Shown in pieces: positions 49,601-63,314 of a DNA stretch of 64,000 nucleotides (position 1 is the stretch's first letter; each line of letters starts with the position of its first letter). The DNA comes from Vicugna vicugna (Eukaryota). The notes beneath the pieces were generated by a model. It had not been told where the DNA came from. It was given only the letters and a program-made list of their open reading frames with translations, and ran no database searches. The stretch spans positions 10,314,184-10,378,183 of the forward strand of contig MU058844.1 in the NCBI GenBank assembly GCA_013265495.1, read 5' to 3'. The position numbers and the translations under genes are program-made.

Positions 49601-52600
49601 GTTTTTTTTTTTTTTCAAATAAACTTTTTTTATTTTCATAAAATTACAGATTGACATGCAGTTATAAAAAAAGAAAAGAACATAGAAATGCCATGTACCA
49701 TTTACCCAGTTTCCCCCAATGGTAATATTTTACAAAATTATAGTATCATTTCAAAACCGAGATATTGATATTATTACAGTCAAGATGCAGAACACTTACA
49801 GCACAACAAGAATCCCTTTATTGTGCTTTCATAGCTACGCACACTTCCCTACTACCCCTACCCCCTCTTGATCCCCTGGGAACTACTAGTCTGTTCTCCA
49901 CTTCTATAATTTTGTCATTTCAAGAGTGATTTATAAAGGGAATCATGTAGTACATAACCTTGTATGATTTATGTCTTCACTCATGATAATTCTTTGGAGA
50001 TTGTTCATGTATCAAGAGTTCATTCCTTTTTACTGCTGAAGAGTATTCCATGATATGGATGTACCACAGACTTACAGCCACCCACCCACTGAAGGACATC
50101 TGGGTGGTCTTCAGTCTGGGGCTCTTACGAATAACCTGCTATAAGCACTTATGTGCAGGTTTTTGTGTGAATGTAAGTGTTTAGTTCTCTGGGATAGATG
50201 CCCAGGAGCACAAGCATTATGTAGTTGCATGTTTATTTTTTAAAGAAAATGCTAAAGTATTTTCCGGAGCATGTGCCATTTTACATTCCCACCAGCAATG
50301 TAGGAATGATCGAGTTTCCCACCATCCTCACCGGAATTTTCACTACTTCTTATTTTAGCCATTCTGAGACCCGTAATGATGTCATTTGTGGTCTGAATTT
50401 ACATGTCCCTAATGGCTAGTGTTATTAAACATCTTTTCACGTGACTATTTGCTGTCTATGTATTCTTTTTAGTGAAATGTCTCTTTTTGTCTTTTGCAGA
50501 TTTTCTAACTGGATTTTTTTTTAACTGTTAAGTTTTGAGAATTTTTTACGTATTCTAAACACTAGTGTTTGTATTTTCATCCTCTTAACAGGATCTTTTG
50601 CATAGCCAAAGATTTTAATTTTGATGAAGTCCAATTTATCAGTTTTTCCTTTTGTGGATCATGCTTTTGGTCTCAGGTCTAAGAACGTTTTATCTATTTC
50701 TAGATCTCAAATATTTTCTCTTATGTTTTTGTCTAAAAGTTTTATCATTTAGTGTTTTACGTTTATTTCCATGATCAATTTTAAGTTAGTTTTTTGGATA
50801 AGATCTGAGGTTTAGGTTATGATTCTTTTTTAAAAATGAATGTCCTATTGCTCCAGCAACACTTTTTTTTTTAAAGGCTATCTTTCTTCCATTGAATTGC
50901 GTTGTACCTTTGTCAAAAATCAGTTGTGCATATTTATGTAGGCTTTTTTTCTGGGCTCGCTAATCTATCCCATTGATCTATGTGTCTCTCTCTCCCTCAA
51001 TACCACACTGTCTTGATTCATGAAGCTATACAATAAATCTTGAAATTGAATAGACTGATGCCTCCCACATCATTTTTCTTTTTCAAAATTCTTACCTATT
51101 GTACTTCCTTTGTCTTTCCACATAAATTTTAGAATAATCTTGTTTACATCTACAAAAATCTTACTGGAATTTTTATAGCAACTGCATTGACTTTGTATGT
51201 CATTATCAGAGAAATCATCACCTTTACTATGCTGATTCTTCCAATTCATGAACACAGTATGTCTCTCCATTTATTTCAATGTTTTTTCATTTCTTTCAAG
51301 ATTGATTTTTAGATTTCAGCATAGAAGATCTAGACATGTTTTGTGATATTTACACCTAAGAATTTCAATTTTTGCTATTAGAGATAATACCATATTTTAA
51401 TGTTGGTATCCACATATTAATTACTATCATACAGAAATAAAATTGATTTTAATATGCTTATTTTATATCCTGTAAACTTGATGAACTCACTTATTGGCTG
51501 TAAGAGTTTTTGGTAGATTCCTTGGGACTTTCTATACAGACAATTATATCATTTGTAAATAGGGATAGTTTTATTTCTTCCTTTCTGATCAGTAAGATTT
51601 TATGTCCTTTTCTTGCTTTATTGCAGTGACTAGAACTTCTAGAACCATTTTGAAGAAGAATGGTAAGAACAAAAATCCTTTCCTTGGTCCTGATCTTAGA
51701 AGGAAAGCATTTTCACTCACCATTAAGTATAAGGCTATGTTCGGGGTTTTTTGTAGGGGTTCTTGATTAAATTGGGGAAGTGCCCCTCTATTCCTCTTTT
51801 TATGAGCTTTTTTTATTATAAATGAGTGTTGAATTTTGTTAAATGCTTTTCTGCATCAATTAATATGATCACATGATTTTTAAAATTTCAGTCTATTTAT
51901 ATGGCAAATAAATCTAAATAAATTTCATTTTTAGCTTATTAATATAGCCAAACAAATATGGCAGTTGATTTCCAAATATTAAACCAACCATGTATTCCTG
52001 GAATAAACCCCACTTGGTATTGTGTATAATTCTTTATGTGTACATGTATGTATATATGTAAATATAGGGATGTCTGAATTTTATTTGCTAGTATTTTGTT
52101 AAGGATCTTTGCATTTGTATTCATGAAGAATACTGGTTTGTAGTTTTCTTTTTGTTGTACTGTCTTTGTCTGGTTTTGGTTTCTTGGTCATAGAAGCTTC
52201 ACAAAATGAATTAGGAAATATTCCTTCCACTTTCTGGAAGAGACTAGAGTTTCTATGTAACTGGGGTTATTCTTCTTTAAACAACAGGTAGAATTTGCCA
52301 GTGAAATCATCTAGGCCTGGATATTTCTTGGGAGGAGTTTTAAATTACAAATTTAATTTCCTTAACAGTTATAAGGATTCAAATTATCTGTTTCCCATTG
52401 GGTGAATTGTGATAGTTTGTGTTTCTCAAGGAATTCTTCCATTTCATCAAATTGTCAAATTTATGTGTGTAGAGTTGTTCCTATTACCCTCATATCTTTT
52501 TGTTGGCTGCAAAGTGTATAGTGATATCACTGTTTCATTCACAGATTCTGATCATCTGTGCCTCCTCCTTTTTTTTTTTTCCCCTTTTTCATTCTCCCGA

Positions 52601-54613
52601 GGCATTTGGTGAACTATTTTTTTAAAAAACCAACTCCTTAACTGATTCTCCGTATTGTTTTCCTGTTTTTAATTTCATTGATTTCTGCTTTGTCATTATT
52701 ATTTTCTTCCTTCTCCTTGCTCTGGTTTTGTTTTACTCCTCTTTTCTAGGACCTTTAAGTAAGAGATTAGATCACTGATTTTAGACTTTTTCTCTTTCAT
52801 GTATATGAATTTAGTGCTTAAATTCCCTCCCAGCACTGCTTTAGCTATGGCCTATAAAGTTTGGTATGTTATGTCTTTATTTGCATTCAGTTTAATGTAT
52901 TTTTTTGTTTCCCTTGAGATTTCCTCATTGACCTATAGATTATTTTCAAGCATGTTGTTTAGTTTCTGCACGTTTGGAGATTTTCCTGTTACCTTTCAAT
53001 TTTTAAGTTTTAGTTTGAGTCCCTTATGGTTAGAGAACATACTCCATATGATTTCATTTCTTTTAAATTTGTCCAGGTTTGTTTTACGGCCAAGGATATC
53101 ATCTATCTTGGTGTAGATTCAGTGGGCACTTGAAAAGAATGTGTATTTTGTTGTTGTCAGGTGGAGTGTTCTATAAATGTTGATTAGATTTTGTTGGTTG
53201 ATGGTGTGCTGGTTGATGGTTTCTTCTATGTCTTTGCTGGTATTCTAGTTGTTCTGTCCATTACTGAGAAAAGGGTGTTGAATTATTGACATTATTGAAT
53301 TACTGAATTATTGTATTTGCCTGTATCTCCTTTCAGTTCTATCAGGTTTCCCTTCGCATATTTTGCAGCTCTATTGTTTGGTGTGTAAACATTTAGCATT
53401 GCTGAGTGTTCTTGGTAAATTGACTTTTTTTTTTTTCATTTATAACATTCCTCTGTGTCCCTGGCAACAGTCTTTGCTCTGAAATTTACTTTATCTCATA
53501 TTAATATAGGCACCCCTACTTTCTTTTCATTAATGTTTATTTGATGTATCTTTTTCCATTTTTTACTTTCAATCTGCCTGTATCATTATATTAGAAGTAA
53601 GTTTCCTATACACAGCATATATTTAGGTCATGTATTTTAACCCAATCTGCCAATCTGCCTTTTTTTTTTTTTAAATGGAAGTACTGGGGATTGAACCCAG
53701 GACCTTGTACGTGCTAAGCATGCACTCTACCACTGAGTTATACCTTCCCTACTCCATCTGTCTTTTAATTGGTATGTTTAGACCGTTTACATTTAATGTA
53801 ATTATTGTTATTTTAGGGCTTGAGTATGCCATTTTATACTTTTTTCTGTTTATTCTCTATTTTGTCTTTACTATCTTTCTGCTGGTCGCTTAAACTTTTT
53901 TTAGAATTCTATGTTTATTTATTTATACTGTTTTTGAGTATAACTATTTACATAGTTTTTTAATGGTAGTTCTAGGTGTTACATTACATATATAACTTCT
54001 CACTGTCTACTGCCAGGCTCTGTACATGGTTTATACCATCTGTGTGGAGTATAGGGGTAGGGAACTCATTACTACCTAATGAGGGTAAAAGTTCCAGCTC
54101 CTTACTTAGCCTTCTCTGACACCACACCATTGGAGCAGTTGGAGCGCTTCATTTCAGCCTGGAGAGGGTAGAATCTAGACCCTCCATTTGGCCTTTGCTG
54201 GTATGGGTAAGGGTGACGCCAGTTTTTTCTCTGATGTTTGGTGGGAATAGAGTGGTTATTGTCTCAAAGTTTTCTGCCCAGCTAGACCACCCCTTTCCTC
54301 GTCTTTTGGTTTGAGAGAGTAGGCTTTTTTGTTGGTGGTGGTGGTGGTCTCTATCAATTGGTGTTTCTGGTTTTTGTGGGCTTCTCCAGTACCCATTCCA
54401 GGATACATAAAGCAAAAAGAACAGCCAGGGAGTTTACCATCATGTCATTCCTTGGGTCCCAAAGTTCCTAGCTGGTCTGACTTCTTCTCTCTACCTTTCA
54501 GAGTCTATTTGTATTTGTTTTATAGAAAATGTACAGAATTTTTAAGTTATGCATAACATTAGAAGTAGGGAAAGTATATCTCCTCCCTGTTTGCAGAATT
54601 AGAAGTCTCATTT
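49601..54613 (-). mobile_element. ~5-kb degraded L1 (L1MC1/2-like 3' end, ORF2 remnants, probable 5'UTR-type segment), antisense
   Basis: Poly-T at ~49602; 3'UTR tttacccagtttcccccaatggtaa; reverse-transcriptase remnant [14 protein letters not shown]...[17 protein letters not shown] (ORF 51939..52124); many frameshifts. Confidence 0.88.
53660..53755 (-). mobile_element. tRNA-derived SINE (Vic-1-like) nested in the L1
   Basis: gtactggggattgaacccaggaccttgtacgtgctaagcatgcactctaccactgagttatacc; TSD atctg(c/t)ctttt at 53653-53663 and 53756-53766. Confidence 0.9.
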
Positions 54614-54834
54614 CTGGTCTTTCTTATCTCCTACTTTGAGACAATCCTGCCATGGAAGATAATAAAGTTATCTTAAAGTGTGCAATTTGTATCAAATACA
54701 GAAGAGATTCTTATAGCTTAAGGAAACCTTATGAGTCAAGAAGGACTTGAGTCCCATCCTAATAAGTAAATGCTATCATATAAGTCCTATAATTTTCCAA
54801 ACATTATCCTAATAAAGAGCTCAAAAATAATTAT

Positions 54835-55040
54835 TGTGCCCTTAGCTTTTACCACATGCCAACACAATGTTGCTTGTCTTACATATAATTAATGCTCTCA
54901 ACAACCAAATGCAGTAAGCATCATCACAGTTACCTATTTTACTGTTAAGGAAAGTAAGACTTAAAGTAAAGAAGCCAAATCTTGCATTTGAACTGGGCCT
55001 GTCTGAAACCAAATACTGAACTTTCACCACTCTGCCATGC
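54835..55040. mobile_element. MIR SINE remnant (one of several; others near 33.0, 34.2, 47.1, 49.1, 49.5, 56.4 and 56.8 kb)
   Basis: cctattttactgttaaggaaagtaagactta...atttgaactgggcctgtctga MIR core. Confidence 0.6.
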
Positions 55041-56022
55041 TGACTCACTCCTTTCAAAGTCAAAACAAATGCATGTAGAGGGGACCTTCAGGCACCATCT
55101 GTCTAGTTCAGACCAAAACCAAACTGTTGCAGACTGATTGATACAGAAAAATATCTGAATACACAGTCACATTTAGAAGCAACAACTTCAAAATGAGATA
55201 TGGAGATACCAAACAAGAAATGAACAAAAACATTTGATACAGAAGTGAGGATTTTCCTCCTGACAATGTCACTTGCCTTCCTTCACGTTCCTCAGTTTCT
55301 CTGTGGGAAGATGATACGGAGAAACAGGCACTGTTCTTTAACTGAGTGTGATGTAAGATATGCCAGCATCATGAATCACAAGACAATGAAATATTTTATG
55401 TGGCTTTAAAGCTCTTGAGCCTCAGGGGAAAATACATTCCTGGTCAATGAAGTTTTATGAAGTTGTGTATCAGTTCTATTTTTTCAAGTTATTAAAAGCA
55501 CTTTTTCTATAACCATTAATGTTGTCCTTTACATTAATCAAATACATCACAGTGATATCATCTTTGAATTCATCCTTTTTCTCTTTGAACCTACAGATCC
55601 CTTGAAGCTTCTTTCTGAACAAATGCCTCTCAAAATAATCTGAAGACTCAATCTGAGCTGATCTTTTCTTGTTCATATTCTATCTGCTTTTCTCCCAATT
55701 TTTGGAGTCAGTTTTAGCAAAGATGTTTGCTCTTTCTTGCTTGCCTTTTAAATTACGTCACTTACAAGAACATTTTGGTTGGAAAATCATCTCCTTAGAG
55801 TTGAAGCCTGTGAATCTCAGTACCACTGAGTCAGAGCTATGTGAAGATTCAAGGAAGGGAAATGGAGCAGATACATGGCAGGCCTGTCAGTTCTTTTGTC
55901 GCCTGTCCTTCATTGTAATAATCAACAAAATATGCCTTTGTTTACCAAAAGACCAAACAATTTTTGTTTCTTTCTATATTTTTTTATGTATTTGTCAGTA
56001 GAACTTTACAACTAGAAACTGT

Positions 56023-56088
56023 AGATGTAGTAAATAATATTTTAAGATGCATTAAATAATATTTTAAGATACAGTAAATACTATTTTT
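56023..56088. repeat. AT-rich minisatellite, 3 x 22 bp
   Basis: agatgtagtaaataatatttta / agatgcattaaataatatttta / agatacagtaaatactattttt. Confidence 0.85.
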
Positions 56089-58077
56089 AATGCTTCTATA
56101 TGGTACTTATTTTGAAATTACAACACTGTACATGAGAATTATGTGCAACTGAATATCTTCAAATTTTATGTTTTTAAAAATTCTAATTCACTTAAAAAAT
56201 TAACTAGGCAATGATTATACAGACTATTTAAGGATAAGTTTGTAAAATAAACATTTTAACTTCTTTTTTGAATTCGTTAATGTTAGAAACCAATTTTAAT
56301 AAGATACATTTGTAATGTTCAGGCCAATGTAGTTAATTAATATTAATAGCAATAGCTATGACTTATTAAACACTTTGTGACTTGTCTGTTGAGGATTTTA
56401 CATAAATAATTTCATTTACTTTTCATCTTTTCATTTACTTTTCAACCATATGGATTAGGTACATCTTTTGCTCATTTTTCAGATGATGCTTAGAAAAGGT
56501 AAATAAATTGCCCCAAAGACAAACCCAGATCTATTTGACCCTAAAGCCTGATCTCCTCTAGTAAATACATAAAAATACTCAGGAACTCCAAATTCTTATT
56601 TGCCTTCATGTAAATGACTGCTAAAATCATGGTTGCCTTCTGGTTAAAAAAGGCTGATAGAAATAACATCGTTCATTTAGTAAAAGCTTGGTTCCTACTA
56701 AGGCACGTTCCTAACCACAGTACACTTTTATTCCATTTAATCTACTCAAAAGCCCAATAAGAAAAGTATTATTTTTCCCTTTTACAGGTGAAGAAACTGA
56801 GGCAGAAGGCCAAGATCAAACAGAATTCAGTTAAAGTCTAACTTTGAAATTCGCATGTAAAAAATCAATACACTGTATAGCCTCTGGCTGATTCTGATAC
56901 TGAAGGGCCATCTTCATTTTTGTTGAGTCCTTCCAAGCGTTAACATGGCAAGAACCTATCTTGTACTTTCAGAAATACTTTCCCTCCATTTTCCCTTCCT
57001 TTTTTGCTAGTAGGTTGAACCATATGAAATTGGTGATATTCAATCATTTACAAAATGGCTGTCTTTCTCAGTATAATTTTTTTCTTTCCCCTCCCTTGAC
57101 TTCTTGAACAGGCTATCCTCTATCTTACTGTTTAAAACTTTTGCAACTGTGTTGACCATACAACTAGAAAAATACCATAGAAGAATAAGAAATTTGGGCC
57201 TCACTTCCCTGTGATGCAGGCCTGTTTACTTCTAACCTACTACCTTTGAACCCTGCACTGTACATTTATTGTGATATTTATATTATAATAACATAAGGCA
57301 ACGGAAATACCAGTTGTGATTTTAGTGGTTTAGGGAGTATTGAGTATGTTTTCCCTCTGGTATTTATTCCAGTCTGGAAGAAACAAGCCCAAGGCAAAAA
57401 TAAAGTTGGAAACAATTTTCAAAGTGTCTCCTTTCAACGTTTTTCAATCAACATGTATTAAGTATTCACAAAGTACTGGCACTCTATGGGGCAATAAGGT
57501 GTTGAAAGATGTAAAATGAGGGGGAAAAATCATCATCTTGGCCCTAGAAGAATTTAAAGGCCAGCTTATATACTATTAAGCTATTAAGCTTTCTTTGGGA
57601 TTTTCTGGTTACTGCCATCTGTCCATAAGGGAGAGTTACGCACACAGAAAGTCTGCCTGGGGCTGTTGCCCTCTCCCCTTATTGTTGATGTACTTTGCAA
57701 ATTACCAATTATGATTTTTTGGAATGGTGGTTGATAGAATGATTTCTAATAATAAGCCATATGAATCAATTGACTGTAAATCTAAATTCCTTTTCTTGAC
57801 TGTGGAGGAGGCAGTCAGAAAGGCACCCCAAGTTCTGTGGTCACCCAGAGTGCTTGGCCTCACAAACATGGGTTCAGGGTGAAAAGGGTCCCAAGATCAG
57901 GGTCCAGAGGGCTCTGGGCCCATGCGAAACCCGTGGACTTTACCCTGGGGGCTGAGGAGGACAAGAGGGACCAAGTCTTCCGTTTGGCCTGGCTCCCTCG
58001 TCGAAGCTTGAGTGATGGATATTTCATAACTTTTACATCTTGTTGTTTATTAAGGGGAGCTCTTTTTCGGTCGTGAA

Positions 58078-58520
58078 TCATTTCCTCATTCATTTAGCAA
58101 ACATTTGCTAAGGACCTGCTTGTGTGCCAGGACTCATGCTACGTGCTGAGGACGTAAACATGGACTGAACGTGGTATTGACCTTGAGGGGCTTACAATCC
58201 AGAAGCACAAACAATTGTGACATATGATAAAGGCTAAAGTAGGGGGTCTGTGGGTCGACTGCTACAGAGGAACAAGCGCTGAGCTCCTCTGACAGTGGGC
58301 ACAGTGGGCATCCAAGTCTGCCGAGGTGACATCTGAGCTGATTTATGAAGAGTATGTAGGTGTTTTCAAGGCAGAAAAGGGAGCAGAGGAAGCTACTACA
58401 GAGAGACAACACAATTTTTATACGCTGGTTTGTTTCCATGTACTTGATCCTGCTTGAAAAGGAATCAGAGACAAGATTCCAAAGTATGCTTTGGTTATGC
58501 TAAGACTGGACTTTATCCTA
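58078..58520 (-). mobile_element. L2 LINE fragment
   Basis: tcattcatttagcaaacatttgctaaggacctgcttgtgtgccagg...gaggtgacatctgagctga. Confidence 0.7.
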
Positions 58521-59312
58521 AAGCAAACTTAATTTTTTAATATAAGTAGTTTTTTTCCTTTCTCTGTGATACAATAAATAATAGTGTATCAGCCACATGA
58601 TGACAAATTAGATTTAGTATAATATGGGAAGTAAGATCAGGGACACAGGAAGAAGATGAGATTTGGGCAGGAGGGTGAGAGGGAGAAGGTCATCACCTAT
58701 GAGAGATGAGCCGGCTGATGCTTTTAACCGGGTACATCACTTGATTACCTGAAACAAAAAGTCCTCTCTGTTCTGCTGCACATCGTTCTCTCCGCATGGG
58801 CTGTCCTTCCTCTAGACCTTCCCAGACTTTTCTCCTCTCCCTCAGGTCTTTGCTAAATGTCACTGACCCAGTCAGGCGTTGTCCAAACACCTGATAGAAA
58901 CATCTGGTGCCCCTCCCCATCACCATCATTCCCCTTCAGCTTCATTTCTCTTCACTGCACTTACCACAACCTGAAAGTATAGATTTAATTGTTCACCCAA
59001 TACAATGTAAAATACAGAAAGATTTTTATCTTTTCCTGGAATTGGGCCTGGCACAGAGTAAACAGTGAAATAAGTAAACAGTCATTACACAAATGCTACA
59101 GTCTTCAGTATCTGAGCTACATGTCACTGTACTAATGAGAATCTGTGCTGCTCTCAACGCCTACCGTGGCCACGGCTCTTTCTCAATGCAGCCAGAGATC
59201 CTGTACAAAGCTCTGTGCTTTATGCCAGAAGATTTGAATACCCTCACCTTAAGCAGTCGAACCAGAGATCGGGCCCCAAGAACCAAAGAGAAATACCTCC
59301 AGGCTTACTTCC

Positions 59313-59456
59313 TCATGGTGGGCTCCACCAACAGCAGCAGAGCAGCTCCCGCAAGTTTGTTAGAAATGCAGGATCTCAGATCCACCCAATTAGAATCTGC
59401 ACTTTTAACAAGATCCCTAGGTGATTTGCATGAGCGTTAAAATCTGAGAAGCACTG
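59313..59456. mobile_element. MER5-like hAT-Charlie MITE
   Basis: tttgttagaaatgcaggatctcag...gaatctgcacttttaacaagatccctaggtgatttgcatg...tctgagaagcactg. Confidence 0.75.
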
Positions 59457-60984
59457 ATCTATAGCATTGTTTTTCAAGCTGCAGAGTTACGAAGTCAATT
59501 TGGCAAGTTCTAACTAGCAATTTTTTTAATGAATAGAGAAGAATGGGATAGGCTAGATTAAGAACAGAAGATATGAGAGTGTAAGACAGTAGATTGCCTA
59601 AATATTACCTTAAGAAACTCTATGCATCTATGCACAAATTCACAATGTAAAATATATTTATTACTGTGGATTGTGGTCAAAATATTTAGAAGCTGCTGAT
59701 GCACAGGTTAGTCAGGAACCTGAGGTGAGGATTAATCCAAGTGGGAAAGTGATACTGTATTGTGACAATTGAATCAATCAGATCTTCCGAATAGAGTTTA
59801 GAAACTGAAACCAAAGGGGTTGTTTTGACAAGCCTTTTCCAGGCTATTAAAGTTGTCCCGGTTTTGTCTTATCACATGTAGAGTTGTACTTAAATTATTC
59901 AACTCTTTACTCCCACCGTTGCAAACTTCAAAAAAACCAGACACTAAAACCTTAAAGTCAGCAATTTGGGGCTTTAGAAATGTCCTTACGTCAACATGCC
60001 TGCTGTTAATGAATAACAGAGTTAGAGGGTTACAGTGCCTTTTGGGTGTTTTGAAAGGAAAATGAAAAATAAAACAGAAGATAGAGTAAAATGTAACCAT
60101 AACTCAGTACAAACCCAATTGTTAATAATCCATAAACCTAGTTTTCTAGTAATGTAACATTTTGAAACTATCTACAATCATCATCTTTTTAAAAGCTGAT
60201 GCATATTCCGACTAACTAAAGCCTTTCCTTTGTTCAGGAGACATTGCAACACATCGCTAATATAGAACCACACAGGGTGCACTAATTACCTAACACACTT
60301 TCAACCGATCCTTTTAAACATCTGTTACATTTAAGGCATTGTGGAAAACAAAGGTGAATGCCTTTGCACAATCTAAAACCAATTTTTCTAGGCAGGAAAG
60401 CTTGAGTATTGATAGATTAGACAAGCAGGCGCCAAATTTTTGCATGTTTTAGAAAAAAAAGAAATAGCCTCTAAATTAAGGCCAAGTTTTAGCTAATTAG
60501 AGGCTGATGAGTTATTGTACTACTAGATTATCTGGGTCTCTTACTCCCTTTGTATTCTTTTTATTTGGTACTTTACTTCTCCTCTTGTACATCCCTTAAA
60601 GAATGAGCAATTTCAGAGCAAGACACTGAAACTCCTATCAACTGAGTTTCCTTTGGGGGCATTTTGCCTCTGTGTAGAGCCTGTAACCTTTAAGGAGATT
60701 AATTTCAGACAATCTTGTATGTGTAAAATTGTTAGAATAGTGTTGGGATAACAAAACAAAACAAAACAAAAGAAGAGTGAAACAACGAGCAATTAGTGAC
60801 GAGACCGTTATTGTTTCTTATCTTCTTCATTTCTCTAAATAGTCTTATGATAAACACTCATCACTAGAAAGAAACTTTGTATAAGTCTCTTCTCTTTCAA
60901 AAAGTTTGATCTCTGATAAGCACCTCAGGTTTTTATGATTAAAGCTACTGAATGGAGATTGCTGCTTCTAGCTATGACAAAGAG

Positions 60985-62615
60985 TAGTATTCCTATTAAT
61001 ATCAGGAGTAAGTTAAGGATTTTCTTTATCACCACTATTATTTAACCAACATAATTAGGTAACAGAAGTGAATAAAAAATTAAAAATTGGAAAAAGTGAA
61101 GCAAAATCATCATTATTTGATGATGGTATGATTGTTTACCAAGAAAACTCAAGGGAATCAAATGAAAAACTACTAGAAACAATAAGAGAATTCAGAGTTA
61201 GTATATGGAAACTTAAGACTTATATAACCAGTTAGAAGACAAAAATCAAAAGAAAAGATAAAATGTATAGAACATGGGAAAGATTTATCTGTAGAAAAAG
61301 AAAACTACCAAGGGACACGAGAAAAGATATATCAAATGACATCCCATGCTCTTGTTCAGGAAATTTCAGTGTGACAAAGATGTCAATTTCCAAAAAATTA
61401 ATCCATAAATTTTGGGATAATCCCAATAAAAAGATGCTTTATCTTGGAACTAGAAAACTGATTCTAAGGTTCAAATGGAAAACAAGCAAATAAAAAGAGC
61501 CCTAAAAAGTCTAAAAAAAGAAAGAAAGAAAAAGATAAATGAGATGCATTTTTCTATCAGACAGTAAAACCTATTTTATAAGCTAAAACACTTTAAAATA
61601 GGCACTGATGCATGTATAGATTAGTGCCTGACACATATAATGTACATTTGTTGAACAAATGAACAGTCAAATTTATGAAGTTGATTGGGAAATCCAAGCT
61701 GGACCCAAATGCTTATTGGAATTTGGCATGTGAAAAAGTGGGATTTTTAAAATCATGGATAAAAGAGGAATTATTCTATAAATAGTGTTGGGGCAAATGG
61801 GTCATGAGTCAGGAAAGAAACATAACTGGAGCCATGCCTTACACTTTATACAGAATGAATTTCAAATATTTAAATGTTAAGAAACAAACTGTAAAAATAC
61901 TAGAAGAAAACACGGGAAGTTAAAAAGAATAATAGTTTTTGAAGCCATTAAAAGATGGTTTAATTGGACTGCATAATAATAAAAATGTTCTGTATCACAA
62001 AAGCCATTTATTATCAACACAGTCAAAAGAGAAATGACAAATTGGGTAAAATATTTGCTACTCACATCCCAAAGAGGATATAAATTCTTTACTGAAAAGA
62101 GTTTCCACAAGTTAGAAATGAAAGAAAACAAAACAACCAGCCCCCTCCCCCCACCTCACACACATAATAGAAAATCTGGCAAAGGATATAAATAGACAGT
62201 TTACAAGATATAAAAATGGCCTTTAAACAGTGGGAAGACGCTCAACTTCAGTCATAAAAAGTGAATGCAAATTAGACTTATAAGATTTCATGGTTTACTT
62301 ATCAGATAGGCAAGCATCATGAATCTTGACCACACACAGTGTTGTTGAAGACAGGGCCCTCTCTTTCATCGCTGAAAGGTCAGTAAACTGGTACTCTTCG
62401 GAGAGGAATTTGGCAATATCTCTTAAAATTAAAACTGCACAGACTCTTTGAAATGGCAATTCCACTTTTAGGAATTTAAGCTGCACATATACTCTTGGAT
62501 GTGTCAAATGGCATGTGGGCAAAAATTGCATCCCTCTAACAGCAAAATATTAGAAACAAGGTAAATTTCTATCAGTAGGGGACTGATTAAACAAATTATG
62601 GTATATTCATCTGAT
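60985..62615 (+). mobile_element. Degraded old L1 (L1ME-like) ORF2 3' region
   Basis: Remnant peptide DIPCSCSGNFSVTKMSISKKLIHKF (ORF 61263..61493) resembles ORF2 DIPCSWIGRINIVKMAI; gcaattccacttttaggaatt. Confidence 0.75.
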
Positions 62616-62699
62616 AGAGTGCTTCTGGACCAAGAAGGAACAGGATCTCTCTGTCTCCATCTCTTCTGTAACCACTACGGCCTCTCTCCCACCTCTGCC

Positions 62700-62935
62700 C
62701 TCCCAGGACGCCACTTTATTTTTCCCCATAGTACGTATCACCATCTGGCATACTGTGTGTGTTTCAATGTTTATTTGGGTTTTGTCTGCTTTCCTGTACC
62801 ACTTCTACTAGAATATAAGTTCCATGAAGACAGAGATTTTACCTATTCTGCCATTGCTACATCCTCACGACCTAAGTATGCCTGACATACAGTAGGCACG
62901 CCATAAATACTTGTCAAGTGAAAGAATAAAAGAAT
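62700..62935 (+). mobile_element. L2 3' end
   Basis: ctagaatataagttccatgaagacagaga...tgcctgacatacagtaggcacgccataaatacttgt. Confidence 0.7.
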
Positions 62936-63148
62936 AAATAAAAATGGAAAGATCTCCAAAATCTATTTTAAAGTGAAGAAAGCAAGATGCAGTAGTATTC
63001 TGTTCTTTGTATAGAAAAATTATCTATAAATGCCTGTGTGTATACACACGTGTGTGTACTTGACAATGCAGAGACTTTCTGGAAGGATATGCAGGAAGCT
63101 GGTACCAGAGGTTGTCCCTGGGAGCAGGGGAGCAGAACAGTGTGGCTC

Positions 63149-63289
63149 GGGGGAGGGTACAGCTCCAGTGGTAGAGCGCATGTTTAGCATGTGTGAGGTT
63201 CTGGGTTCAATCCTCAGGACCTCCTCTAAGAATAAATAAATAAATAAACCTATTTATTTCCCCCCACCAAAAAAAGAAAAAAGAAAAAA
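63149..63289 (+). mobile_element. tRNA-derived SINE (Vic-1-like), full length with A-rich tail
   Basis: gggggagggtacagctccagtggtagagcgcatgtttagcatgtgtgaggttctgggttcaatcctcaggacctcc + (aaat)n. Confidence 0.9.
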
Positions 63290-63314
63290 CTCAATTTTTA
63301 AAACTGCTGATTTA

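Noticed and set aside
51070..52124. Reverse-transcriptase-like ORFs
   Set aside because: Frameshifted remnants of an ancient L1 ORF2; not an active or novel RT system.
56023..56088. Regularly spaced repeats suggestive of a CRISPR-like array (also the 30-bp duplication at 27700-27755)
   Set aside because: Head-to-tail AT-rich tandem copies without unique spacers, in mammalian DNA.
63149..63225. tRNA gene (A/B boxes, tRNA-like head); likewise at 8640-8714 and 53680-53750
   Set aside because: A-rich tails, TSDs on several copies and multiple diverged copies identify these as SINEs, not tRNA genes.
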